Notes under the pieces: generated by a model | The model's database searches: none | Seen by the model: only the letters and a program-made list of their open reading frames with translations | Told to the model about the DNA's origin: nothing | DNA from: Epithemia pelagica | Taxonomy: Eukaryota > Protista > Bacillariophyta | Assembly: GCA_946965045.2 (NCBI GenBank) | Contig: OX337232.1 | Coordinates: 2,480,001-2,544,000, forward strand | Reading direction: 5' to 3' | DNA: 64,000 nt | Shown: one piece after another, positions 23,601 to 32,811 of the stretch | Position numbering within the stretch: the first letter of the stretch is position 1 | Layout: each line of letters opens with the position of its first letter | Position numbers and translations under genes: made by a program

Positions 23601-24116
23601 CTTCGGGCAGAAGACGTGATGGGGGCGCTTGGGAGGCTTGGTCCCAAGCCTTTTGGAACTGCAGATGGTGCAGTCCCTGTCTGGCTCAAAGGCCTTTTTC
23701 TTCTCAAGCGTGAGCTGCCTCAACTGCTTTGCCTCTTGTTGCTTCCTCTTCTTGTTGCTTCTCTGTTGTGCTAACGACTTTGCCCTTTTTGTTTGGTTGT
23801 TTCGTCGTTGACTCTGCCCACCCATCTCTTGCTCCTTGCTGAGCTTTTTGTATGGGTTCACCACCAAGGGTGCTGGTGGTGGTGGAGGAGAGTCATTCTC
23901 CTCAGGGACAGTCATCGTGGTTGGGTCCATTGTCGCTCCAGAAACATCGACACCATTGTCCATGTCCTGGGGCACGGCAACCGCGACCGGCCTCATTGGC
24001 ACGGAATCGTGTTGGAGACGAAATCCCTGTCGTTTCGGCTGTTTTCGTGGGGAAGTCGGCAAGATTCCGTGGCTTTTTGCGCGTGGCGCGCGATGTCTAC
24101 TGGTAAGAGAAGACAT
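20673..24116 (-). CDS. 1147-aa putative DDE transposase (DUF6729-like Zn domain plus RNase H-like core; Mutator/hAT-like insertion clade)
   Basis: CPKC...YHCKEC Zn domain, QDHTF (D), ANEVGEI, IYSDT (D), RLGLFH, RGESKLESWH (E); N-terminal CxxC..HHxxC and C-terminal CC..H..C Zn motifs. Assigned by motif recall only. Confidence 0.7.
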   Translation of the reverse strand: MSSLTSRHRAPRAKSHGILPTSPRKQPKRQGFRLQHDSVPMRPVAVAVPQDMDNGVDVSGATMDPTTMTVPEENDSPPPPPAPLVVNPYKKLSKEQEMGGQSQRRNNQTKRAKSLAQQRSNKKRKQQEAKQLRQLTLEKKKAFEPDRDCTICSSKRLGTKPPKRPHHVFCPKNTKTRGIPDHLVEAMKEEERLKKEANKEVTYHPIIMRQEDFNLFFRLNNKPVSEASNEATTVTEDDLKLSRVRKGKRNCIARTDCLINNQVTSAVGSDEYVFMQSVLAKYKEIEQDESITCPKTMYALAKTIAETCLERKRDVRSLKPFMRDMCLTVPDVRNNNNALWDSIVGRRLYIVDWELFMPVEFQKIGLKCPKCSNCTLQRERTNLSKSKSLFPIFGLDGAPSYALVTHYHCKECNTTHAGNDGALLNSLPPHFAKWYPVEAKWARGAQHFDITTTTVLEEEMLTYGNGDHCSGLLYAAINRDYRNRITNYYSFCDATHQQGQEYPAKDGEWLTRYPPLGETIRQAYHEASRSRLNPWRTSDYERHTREIQAVGCQTSFAQDHTFQAVKNYPKRLKAEAVWDAANEVGEIACAILVPNLETKTFSHAAQQLCSRGNFNPSVIYSDTFPHKSDYWVGLLGEDVVPRLGLFHFLQQIIKTLRHKHMDFGDALRELLDCIYEYHDGDFHKVITALKNGTLGGKKCSDKQIAEMRQTKVFRERYGKYLRKIIRAFQTIVMRREEWKIKYKVRSSSDSGPPARGRLDHKTQQPLFTQDTHSAIENCKKKAEFLADPIPIEDMYREIKQHPNSSHQLSEWVSYRGESKLESWHNNLAHFSNGGTNEKLSDDLNLCGTARYNRQIRHKLRFVSKTTEQRNKKMPAAWETVVSHWNHQQLAFINKLAVRCGASKLFDDVEHLPQDNGERFFSEYLQVYEQLNEVWNISVQQHDFCPCEKCEAQRNMQDEETMQTSETLEQQDTEQSRENEKEQQVEEKEEHQDEANQEDDDDPMLSDEEEELPPPPAPTVQQSSPTRPQRPPPQTQQQPAPKSPPRTAIQPAPRPITMPQPQMPSLPPLLPPNTPLASVHHFQQQLLQQAAYYSSYLGCQPLHQQPTHPQPTQNCCIRNIQYWQRPNRRGIPPHDKSCSNHPSNASYP

Positions 24117-24229
24117 GTCTTGTGTGAGTTTTCGTTAAGTATTTTGATGTCTTGTCTATGTCTTGTGAGTTTTCTAACCCAATCATATTTCTGCCTTCTA
24201 TTTCGTGAGCCCCGAGGCCCGCCTTTTGC

Positions 24230-24260
24230 ACTCCCTACTCCCTACCCCTACTCCCTACCC
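24230..24260 (-). repeat. G-rich 6-7-mer repeat (GGGTAGGGAGTAGGGGTAGGGAGTAGGG), potential G-quadruplex
   Basis: Five G-tracts of 3 or more separated by 2-4 nt loops. Confidence 0.7.
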
Positions 24261-24810
24261 GAAAGCATTGCACGATCCAAAAGTCCCAAATGAATTATTT
24301 GTTCGCGTCCGCTCGGTCTCGGACTATGTACGAGTAATATACACTTCGCTCTATTGCAAGCGCGAGCAAAAGTTAAACAGTGATAGTATATATTTTAGTG
24401 TACTACTCGGAAAAATTACAGACAGTTGAAGCAATAAGCCCAACCCGTTTCAGAATCGAGAAATATATGCCCTCTGATGATGACTTCCTCTCGGGTTTAC
24501 TTATTAAGCCCCCTAGTCTGATCCGTCATGTCCTGCAATAATCCGACTTGTGCCCAGACATGAGTTCCTATTTCTACACTAAATAGCTTTAGCAATACAA
24601 TCCTTGCCCAAAGTCTAGCGTGCCCAACACCCAACACACTATCTGGACCTCTCACCTTTTCTCCAACGCAGGGATGGTGGTGACTAGAAACCAAGCCATT
24701 TTCATCAATCCAAACAGTTCCTTTCCCGACCGTGTATGCTAGCTTGTCTTGACTGGTTCATTGACCATTGAGATAGATTGGTTGTATTGAGCGAAAGAGT
24801 CTCTGTTGCA

Positions 24811-27291
24811 ATGGCGTCCTCCAATATGCAACATCCCCTCTATGCCGGGCTCGAATATTTGAAAGAGCTGAATACGGAGGAAGACTATTGGTTTGGACTC
24901 GAAAGCTTGTCCAAGCTATTGGAAAATGTAAAAAGCAATCCCTTGGATGAACGATTTCGAAAGTTTCAGGTCGATGACCCGTTCTTCAACTCTCGAATTG
25001 GATGCTTGATCGGATCAGAGAAACTTATGCTTGCTTCAGGCTTTCTCATTGATGAGATGAATGGAAAGGAGTTCTACTACATGCATGCGACTGCGGAAGC
25101 TTGGGAGGAGCTCTTGACAGTGACTGCCATTCTGCAGGGAGAGTTGCAGAAGAGCACAACGGAACGGAGACCTCCTCAGAGAATGGCGAGCCGTGAGAGG
25201 AGTATTGAACGGGTTCCTAGTCGAGACAAGAGTATTGAGAGAATGGCACTTTCTCGTGGGGGGTCCAAACGGACATTGCCAAAGAGCAGTAGCACCCATA
25301 GCAGGAGCATGAGTTCGCACAATCTTGGTGGTGAAAAGAAGAGTAAGCATTCCAAACACCGGCGTGGGAGCAACGGGGATTCCACGCAACGTTCGTTCAA
25401 CGATAGTGGTGAATCCTTTTTCTCGGACGACCCCGAACCTGGAATGGCCAGTGAATCCGGTTACGACAGTGAACAGGCATCCAATCTAACAACCAAGAAG
25501 AAGTCAAAGGGCAAGAAAAAGAAGAAAAAGAAGAAAAAGAAGAAGGTGTCCGACAAAGCTCACGACGAAATCAGTACATCGGGTGGCTATATGGGAGAAG
25601 GCACGTCGCTTGCGGAAGGCGAAACAAAGCCCAAAAAGAAGAAAAAGTCGGCTGGCAAAGATGGCGAAAAAGCATTGTCCAACAAGTCTGGAAACAATGG
25701 TTCAACAAGTTCCATGTCATCAGGATCATCATTGGAAGACGCATTGGGGAGATCCAAAGGGTCATTGGCGTCTGGTGAAGAACCAGCCGAAAAAATTGAA
25801 GGAACCGCCAGGACAGCTACGAAAGACTTCTGGAAAAATGCCAACACTCAAGCCGTAGTTGCGTCCCGAATGCAGAACGAATCCTCATCTCGGTCGAAGT
25901 GGGGCATGGTTAAGAATGCGACTCTCGCCGCTGCGAGGTTGAATCGCATCGGAAAATTGGAAGGCGAGGGTGGTGACCTGTCCGGTAACGAAGGAGGTGA
26001 AAAACTGAGCTTTGGGAAAATGCTATCCTCACGCGTTCTCGGAATAGGAAATCTTCGTGGCAGCGACGACGAGGCCGAAGACGATGAGGATGATGAAGTT
26101 CGATCGACATCCACGAAGAAGCGTCGTGGCATTAGAATTGATGCCATGCATAAAGTCATTTCATCAAGAAGAGGTCTCACTGACAAGACAGCATCTTTGC
26201 GCTCCATGGGCTCGTCAAGTGCGGGAAGGAACACTTCATCAAGACCTTCACGGAAACTGGAAAGGGCGGAGTCTCGTGCCAGTGTGGCAGAGTCTCGTGT
26301 CAGTATGAAGGACCTTGAGCGGGGGCTGTCCCAGAGAGAAATCAAAGAGCTACGTGAAATGGCTGAGGAAAAACGGCAGCTGCGTGAGATGAGAAAGAAG
26401 CGTTTGCTAGAACAAATCAAGAGAGAGCGTGGACCGCGGTGGTCTCTCTTGAAGCTTGCCGTGACCATCATTACAGCTGCTGAACTTGGTCTCGATCTTG
26501 GTACCACAATCATTTCTTTCGTTTCCCTCCTGGAATCATTTGATTGTTGTGGAAATGTAATCGATGCAGGAGGACTTACTCTTGGTGTGACCATTCCGTA
26601 CTTTATTCTCATTGTTATTGAACTAGCGTTACTCGCATTCTCGGTTCGCCATGCCCGGGCCAATAGTGCTAGAGACAGGGAACGCATGCAGAGGATTGAA
26701 GACGAAAACGACGACCTTGAATTTTTTGACGACGAAGACAGTTTGGATTCAGACTTCGATGAAGATGAAGAAACAAAGTTCCATTGTTCCAAAGTTATAT
26801 CATGGGTCTTGATTTGTAACCCTTTTCTTGGATGCCTTATCACATGGGTGCTTCTATACGAAGTGTCCAGCAAGGACGAAGCTTTTTTGATCTTGTTTCT
26901 CGAAGCTGGTGCTGTTGCGTTAATGTTCACTTCTCTCTATCTTGAACGCGAGAAGCTAAACTTTTGCACGATGTCACTGCATGGTATTCCATTGGTAAGT
27001 TTGTGGTGACCTGTTGTTGGAGAGACGTGTTTTGACCACTAAAAGATACTCATTATGGCCTGTCTTGACCAGCTCCCGTTTGCGGCCACATGCTTCGTTG
27101 TTTGGTATTATTTAGAAAAAGGTGGGATCTGCTTCCGAGATGGAAACTTTTGGTTTGATGGCTGTGGGCTCTGTGCCCACAATACACCGTCTCCTCCAAA
27201 CGATGGTCTCTGTCCCAATGGAACATTGCCCTATCAAGGAACATATTGTGGGAACGGACTTGACGAGCAGTTCTGCTATTTTACGTATTAA
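24811..27291 (+). CDS. PUB-domain protein with long charged linker, several C-terminal TM helices and a Cys-rich tail (2 exons)
   Basis: LSKLLENVKSNPLDERFRKFQVDDPFFNSRIGCLIGSEKLMLASGF is PUB-like; phase-0 intron 26995-27072 (GTAAGT...CAG); exon 2 ends FCYFTY-stop. Confidence 0.8.
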
Positions 27292-27419
27292 ATCATGCTC
27301 ATTCGTTTGGGAACCCGCGTGTGGAGGTTTTCTACTCGTGGTGTCAGGTGTGGTCAAGCCTGAAAAAGAGCATAACTTGATATATCCAGCAATATTGAAG
27401 GGCTTTTATGGATAGACAT

Positions 27420-28113
27420 AGGCACTTGTTGGGGAAACAGAAGGGCTACCGTTTCCATCAGAGTCTCTGTCGCTCTCTGGCCATTCTCCGATCGCTATGA
27501 CTTTTTCGCTTTCTTAGAGTTACTCGACAACGAGGCTATTTCTGACTTGCGCTTGGGGTATTTGATCCGTGACATCGGTGCCTGTAGTTTAGGTAGATCT
27601 AGTTTGCAACAACAACTCTTGACTTCGATCGGCTTCAAACGTTCGAGTTGTAGGAAATGGCGACACCAGTCTATATACTCGTTCCAAAGTCAAGCTCGTC
27701 TCCTGTGAGATGCATGACAATGCAAAGATATTCCCATATTTTACGTTTTGCACTTGTTAAAGATCCCGATTGTTGATCATGGAATTGTCGTTCCACGTCA
27801 TTGTAGAAAACCTGAAAGCTGTAAACTTTGCAAAATGATTTACGGGTTAGCCTTGGTGGTAACCATGACCGCGCGATGAATCTGTTGGGTGATCTGTTTG
27901 CTCCAGAGCGTTAAGGACAGCTTCTGTAATGCCATTTTTACGCAATCCCGTCACATTGCTCCTTGGCACGGTCGTGTCCGACCACTGCGTTGATTTGGTG
28001 TTGACGGTTGCAGCGTTGGTGTTGATAGTTGCATCATCAGTGTCATCACCATGTGCCCTAGCATGACTTGGTCCCGTTTGTTGTTGTTGAGATTGCTGCG
28101 CCGCTGTCGTCAA
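27420..28113 (-). pseudogene. Fragmented coding relic of unknown identity
   Basis: Short protein-like stretches (e.g. FCKVYSFQVFYNDVERQF...KIWEYLCIVMHL) in shifting frames with many stops. Confidence 0.25.
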
Positions 28114-28569
28114 TCTAGGTAGAGTCTGACTAGGTCGTCTTTTGCCCGACCAAACTCATTCTTTGTTCTCTTTCTTCGTGAATGACAGCAGCACAACGTG
28201 CAGCCACACGGAGTGACTGAGTTCTACTCTTGGAATCCTGAAACCGAAGTCCCCTCCCTTTATCGTGCTCCGGCTCAGTTCATCTCGGCAGTCGTTATGT
28301 GCATCCATAAGCAGAAGTGGACATGGTGCCCGAACTAGATCGCGGGGTTCGGGCTTCGGGCGGCGGGAGTCCGTCCTTGTAGCGAAGAGCTAGCAGCTAG
28401 CAGGGAATAGATACAGTTAGTACTCCACGAGTACTAATACTAAAGTCGCTAGCAGCTAGCAAGACCTCCGTCAGTGTCAGTCGTCGACATGGGATTGATG
28501 TCGAGATGGATCAACGAGAATTGCAACGCTCTCATAGCAATTGGAAACACATGATCGAGAAGTCATGAG

Positions 28570-29613
28570 ATGGACTGTCTAATGACGATGGAGGAGGCGT
28601 CTCAAGGATCCCAGAAGAAAGCTCGGACTCGCACACCGCTGTCACTTCCAAACTGCAACACCAGTCTAAAGAAAGCTCTAGTGGAAGATTTTAACAACTT
28701 CTTCTTGGAATGGGAAGATGAGCCTCACTGTACACGCCTACGGTGCACCGTGTGCTACTTGTACTGGATCACAAATGCCACCCAAGGATCTATTAGTAAG
28801 CGACAGGCAAAGTATCCATTTGTTGGCATTGTCGACCCAAAGAATGACCCCGATCAAACATGCCGAACACCGTCCAAATGGAACGAACACCAACAAAACG
28901 CGTATCATCAAGAGGCGTGTCAAAAAGGAAATGTCCAAGAAACAATGGGGAAAACGCAGGAAGTGCCGACATGTCGGCGTGTCACAAAGCCATCTCAGGA
29001 AGTGAAGCCCGGAAGTGATTCACAGGACAGTCAAGAGGATGTTCAACAGCCGACAAGGTTCAAAGGCCCTCCGGAGGATGAAATGTCGCCGGAGCAACTT
29101 GAAATTCGACAAGAGATTCTCGCCAGTAGACCTCGGACGGGTTTGTCTGGTCCTTTTGGTCCATGGCTTGCTGTTCCTGACATTGCACGACCTGCTCAAG
29201 CTCTGGGGAGAGCTTGTCGGTATGGAACATCTTTGTCTTTTCGAGAGTCGGAACTCGTCATTCTCTTGACCGGGGCCAAGACTAGATCCAACACTGAGTT
29301 TCAGATTCATACCGGAGAAGCTCTCAAAGCAGGCCTCACAATGGAGCAGATCAGCGCCATACCGAGGGACACTGAGTTTTCGTTACGATTGGTGAACGAA
29401 CGTCTATGTCCACTTTTGAGCAGTGACCGCGAACGGTGTATTGTACAATTCGCCGCGGAACTATTGGATACTTGTGCCGTCTCCGATGCAACCTACAGTG
29501 AAACTCGAAGAAAAGTGGGAGACAGTGACCGAGTACTCGTGGAAATCACGAGTATTGTGGGATACTACACGTTTGTCGCTTACACTCTGAATGTTTTTCG
29601 AATTGCTCCATGA
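28570..29613 (+). CDS. Carboxymuconolactone decarboxylase/AhpD-like protein with N-terminal C2H2 (TTF-type-like) zinc finger
   Basis: C-terminal GPFGPWLAVP...LSFRESELVIL...EFQIH...ALKAGL and ITSIVGYY CMD motifs; N-terminal LRCTVC...WNEHQQNAYH. Confidence 0.82.
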   Translation: MDCLMTMEEASQGSQKKARTRTPLSLPNCNTSLKKALVEDFNNFFLEWEDEPHCTRLRCTVCYLYWITNATQGSISKRQAKYPFVGIVDPKNDPDQTCRTPSKWNEHQQNAYHQEACQKGNVQETMGKTQEVPTCRRVTKPSQEVKPGSDSQDSQEDVQQPTRFKGPPEDEMSPEQLEIRQEILASRPRTGLSGPFGPWLAVPDIARPAQALGRACRYGTSLSFRESELVILLTGAKTRSNTEFQIHTGEALKAGLTMEQISAIPRDTEFSLRLVNERLCPLLSSDRERCIVQFAAELLDTCAVSDATYSETRRKVGDSDRVLVEITSIVGYYTFVAYTLNVFRIAP

Positions 29614-29733
29614 GATTTCAAACTTTGTACGAAAACACTTTTCTATGAAGATATGTACTTCTTAATTGTACAAACTTGTCTCAAGGTCCAAATTGAATAT
29701 CAAGTTTCGTGCATGGCCACAGTCGCAAGAACG

Positions 29734-30228
29734 CTACGACACACAGGGAGTTCCGTCTTCCATTTTACAATGATTAGAACATCCCCACACGAAATTGGTC
29801 TCTCGACATTCATAGTCGCATACGCAGGCACTGGCTTGGTTAGATGCGCCAGCGTCCTGAAACTCGCTGCCTTCCTTTGATTCCTTTTTTTTGTGCTTTG
29901 TCTTCCTCGCGATCTTTTGATCTCGCTCATTGCCATCTCCCTCTTTCCTATTAGCTGGGGCTTGTGAAACGGAGGTATGTCGAGTAGCGAGTGTCATGGA
30001 CAGAAATCCCCCTGTATCGAAACTGGTAGCATTGGCCAGTGAGTTCCACTCTGAGTCTCCCCGATGATGAGTATGATCTTTTCCCGTCCATGTTCCGTTT
30101 ACTCCCTGTCTCAACACAGGATGAGGGAGCAACGAGGACATGGTTGTTCGTAGGCCGTGAACGGGTGTGGTTTCAACTGAAGAGAGACTCAAGAAAAGGG
30201 AAAGGAGGAGACTACAAGGCAGATTCAT
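29734..30228 (-). CDS. Small secreted Cys-rich protein (putative)
   Basis: Signal-peptide-like MNLPCSLLLSLFLSLSSV, Lys-rich spacer and six Cys in the last 31 aa. Confidence 0.5.
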   Translation of the reverse strand: MNLPCSLLLSLFLSLSSVETTPVHGLRTTMSSLLPHPVLRQGVNGTWTGKDHTHHRGDSEWNSLANATSFDTGGFLSMTLATRHTSVSQAPANRKEGDGNERDQKIARKTKHKKKESKEGSEFQDAGASNQASACVCDYECRETNFVWGCSNHCKMEDGTPCVS

Positions 30229-30552
30229 CTTTATCGTCGGGATCTTTCAACAAGTTGCTAGTATCTTTGAAAGGACACATGGGAGATAAGAAGAGCCCAC
30301 CTAGAGAGACAAAAGAAGGATCAGGAGTATATGCCATTGTCAAATGTCATCTAGGAGTAGAGCATGGATAACGTTTCGATATCGACCTGCCTAGTGCCTA
30401 GAGGTAGGAGGTAGGAGTAGGAGTAGATGCTGCTATCTGCATCTCTGCGGGATTCAATCCATCGACAGTCGATTCATGAGACGTCATGTACACGTCATCC
30501 GCATCGCTCTGAGGCGAAATTTCCTTCTGTCTCCTCCACAATTGCAACGACC

Positions 30553-32328
30553 ATGATCTTTTCGCCTTCAAGCTCAGTGGCTTCCACAGTCGCTGTCTTG
30601 TTGGGGCTGGCTATTCATGTTATACAGAGTGGAAGTTATATCCTATCATCCCCGGCATTCAAAGTTAGACAATGGAGGAGGACTTTGACAACAAACCGGA
30701 TGGCGGGAGAAGGAGGCGACAGTGAATGGGCCAAGGCACTGTTTGAGAGTTCTGGTGATGCCATAGAGCAGTTCGAGAAGGAAATGAAAATGAAAGGACT
30801 GATGAAAGGAAGTGGAGCATCGGGAGACCCTAAAGTAACGGCGAACAGCAACTTGGTTGAATGGTTATCAGAGGAAGGTGACGTATACTTGTCGGAACAA
30901 TCGACCTGGGGGGAAGCTCCACATCCAATGGTTATTTCGACTGAGACAAGAGACGAGATTACAAACGAGTCTTCCGGACGTGGTCTGCTTGCAAGAAGAG
31001 ATATCAACGATGGTGACGAACTTTTAAAGATTCCGATTAAACTTTGCATCACCAGGGACTCGGCTCAAAAGGCCCTCGGCAAAGATGCGCTCCCAGATGG
31101 AATCAACGAGTATCTGGCTGTTGCCTGCCAGCTAATACACGAAAGATATGTATTGGGGAGCAAGTCCTTTTACAAGGCTTATTTAGATGTACTACCTGAG
31201 GTTGAAGAGGTAAATCCAACCTTTACTTGGAGTGAAGAAGATCTTGACTTCCTCCAAGGATCTCCCGTGATTGCTGCGTCCAAGTCGCTTCAAATGAAGC
31301 TACAGCGAGAATTCGATGCGCTTCTAGGTGGAGATGATGGACTTATCACTAAGTATCCTGCACGCTTTCCTGCGGAACACTTCACCTACGAGAACTGGGT
31401 CTGGGCATTTACTATGCTTTTCTCCCGAGCCATTCGACTCAGAAGTTTGCAACAGGGTGAAACTTTAGCACTTGTTCCTTACGCCGATCTAATCAACCAT
31501 TCTCCTTTCTCACAAGCCTATATTGATGCTCGAGAGTCAGGTGATTGGTTGTTCAAAACAGGAGAAGAAGAGGTTATTCTTTTCGCGGATCGCGGATACC
31601 GACGAATGGAACAAATCTATATCTCATATGGTCAAAAATCGAATGCTGAGCTTTTGTTGCTTTACGGTTTTGCTGTTGAACGAAACCCATTCAACTCGGT
31701 GGATGTCACAGTCTCGATCAACCCAAGAACTTCTTCTTTCATCAAGGAACTGAACGACGACTCTGTGGAGGTTGACCCGTTGGCAGAGGAGAAAATTGAG
31801 TTCCTTCGTCTTGTCGGTCGTGAGAATACTGTTGACTTTCCGTGTTACGCTGACCGTTACCCTGTTGAAATGTTGGAGTACCTTCGTTTAATGCAGATGA
31901 CAGTCGAAGACACGAGAGGAAAACCGCTCGCCGATTTTGATTATTCACGAACCATTTCGTCTGCAAACGAAGCCGCCGTCCTTACTTCGGTCGTTGATGC
32001 TGTTCAACGGCAGCTCTCCAAGTACCCTCAAACGGAAGAAGAAGACGCGGCCTTGATCAAAGATAAGAGTTTATTCAAATTGCTTTCCTACAATCAACGC
32101 ATGGCTGTTCGTCACCGTCGAAACGAGAAGCGACTGTTGAAGCGAACCATTGCTGCGCTCGAACGGCAGATCCAACAACAAGGACTTGACAAAGAAGATT
32201 TGGAACGTGCCGAGGGAAGCACTTTGGGACAAGTTCTCGCTGGTGACGAAAGGAAGTACGGAATGAAACAGAAAACGGCTCTCGAAGAAAGGCTGGAGAA
32301 GATGGGACTACCAGTTGATATAAAGTAG
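30553..32328 (+). CDS. Rubisco LSMT-like SET-domain lysine methyltransferase, probably plastid-targeted
   Basis: GRGLLARRDI, LVPYADLINHS and QIYISYGQKSNAELLLLYGF motifs, followed by an LSMT substrate-binding region; N-terminal signal peptide. Confidence 0.93.
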   Translation: MIFSPSSSVASTVAVLLGLAIHVIQSGSYILSSPAFKVRQWRRTLTTNRMAGEGGDSEWAKALFESSGDAIEQFEKEMKMKGLMKGSGASGDPKVTANSNLVEWLSEEGDVYLSEQSTWGEAPHPMVISTETRDEITNESSGRGLLARRDINDGDELLKIPIKLCITRDSAQKALGKDALPDGINEYLAVACQLIHERYVLGSKSFYKAYLDVLPEVEEVNPTFTWSEEDLDFLQGSPVIAASKSLQMKLQREFDALLGGDDGLITKYPARFPAEHFTYENWVWAFTMLFSRAIRLRSLQQGETLALVPYADLINHSPFSQAYIDARESGDWLFKTGEEEVILFADRGYRRMEQIYISYGQKSNAELLLLYGFAVERNPFNSVDVTVSINPRTSSFIKELNDDSVEVDPLAEEKIEFLRLVGRENTVDFPCYADRYPVEMLEYLRLMQMTVEDTRGKPLADFDYSRTISSANEAAVLTSVVDAVQRQLSKYPQTEEEDAALIKDKSLFKLLSYNQRMAVRHRRNEKRLLKRTIAALERQIQQQGLDKEDLERAEGSTLGQVLAGDERKYGMKQKTALEERLEKMGLPVDIK

Positions 32329-32811
32329 GTTTAAAAGGGCTAGTCTAAGAAATTCAAGTCCTCCACGTTGTTCTCAGCGCCTAGTGACAAGACTAACGAG
32401 TACGAAACATGTAAAGTGTTGTTCGACACTTCTCCTGTAATGGAAGGGATCCTAGCGTACCAGGTGCTTTATAGACTTTGTCTTTTCGAAAGAGATTGCA
32501 GCAAAGGCCTAAATTCGTTCTTCATTAACATCAACAGTAATGTAAATTCATCGTCTAGTAATCTCCTACTAATCTACCTATGTACTAAGGCATCATGCTT
32601 TTATTGACCGTCGGGATTCAACATTCTCAGATTGGTGCACAGGAAATTCTCGTGCTGGAAAACCCTTATAGGTGTTCGCAACTCGCAAGAGTAAAGATTG
32701 AAGTCCAAAGTTCCATTCGTTCGACAAATGAAATCAAATAGACATCTGCAAACATGATGTCCATATTGAAAATACATCCACAGACATGCAGATACATGTT
32801 CATTTCTGAAA

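Larger units (their letters stand above)
20051..24217 (-). mobile_element. Tandem unit 2 (4167 bp) of a putative DDE-type DNA transposon; intact ORF
   Basis: Starts ccgactttatagggggaagtcg and ends gtgagccccgagg, as unit 1 does; no TIR or TSD visible. Confidence 0.85.

Noticed and set aside
25848-26930. 360-aa antisense ORF, and similar shadow ORFs across the window
   Set aside because: Ser/Arg-rich mirror of low-complexity sense-strand coding; no domain signal.
28965-28978. 14-bp palindrome GCCGACATGTCGGC
   Set aside because: Single short palindrome inside a CDS with no associated structure.
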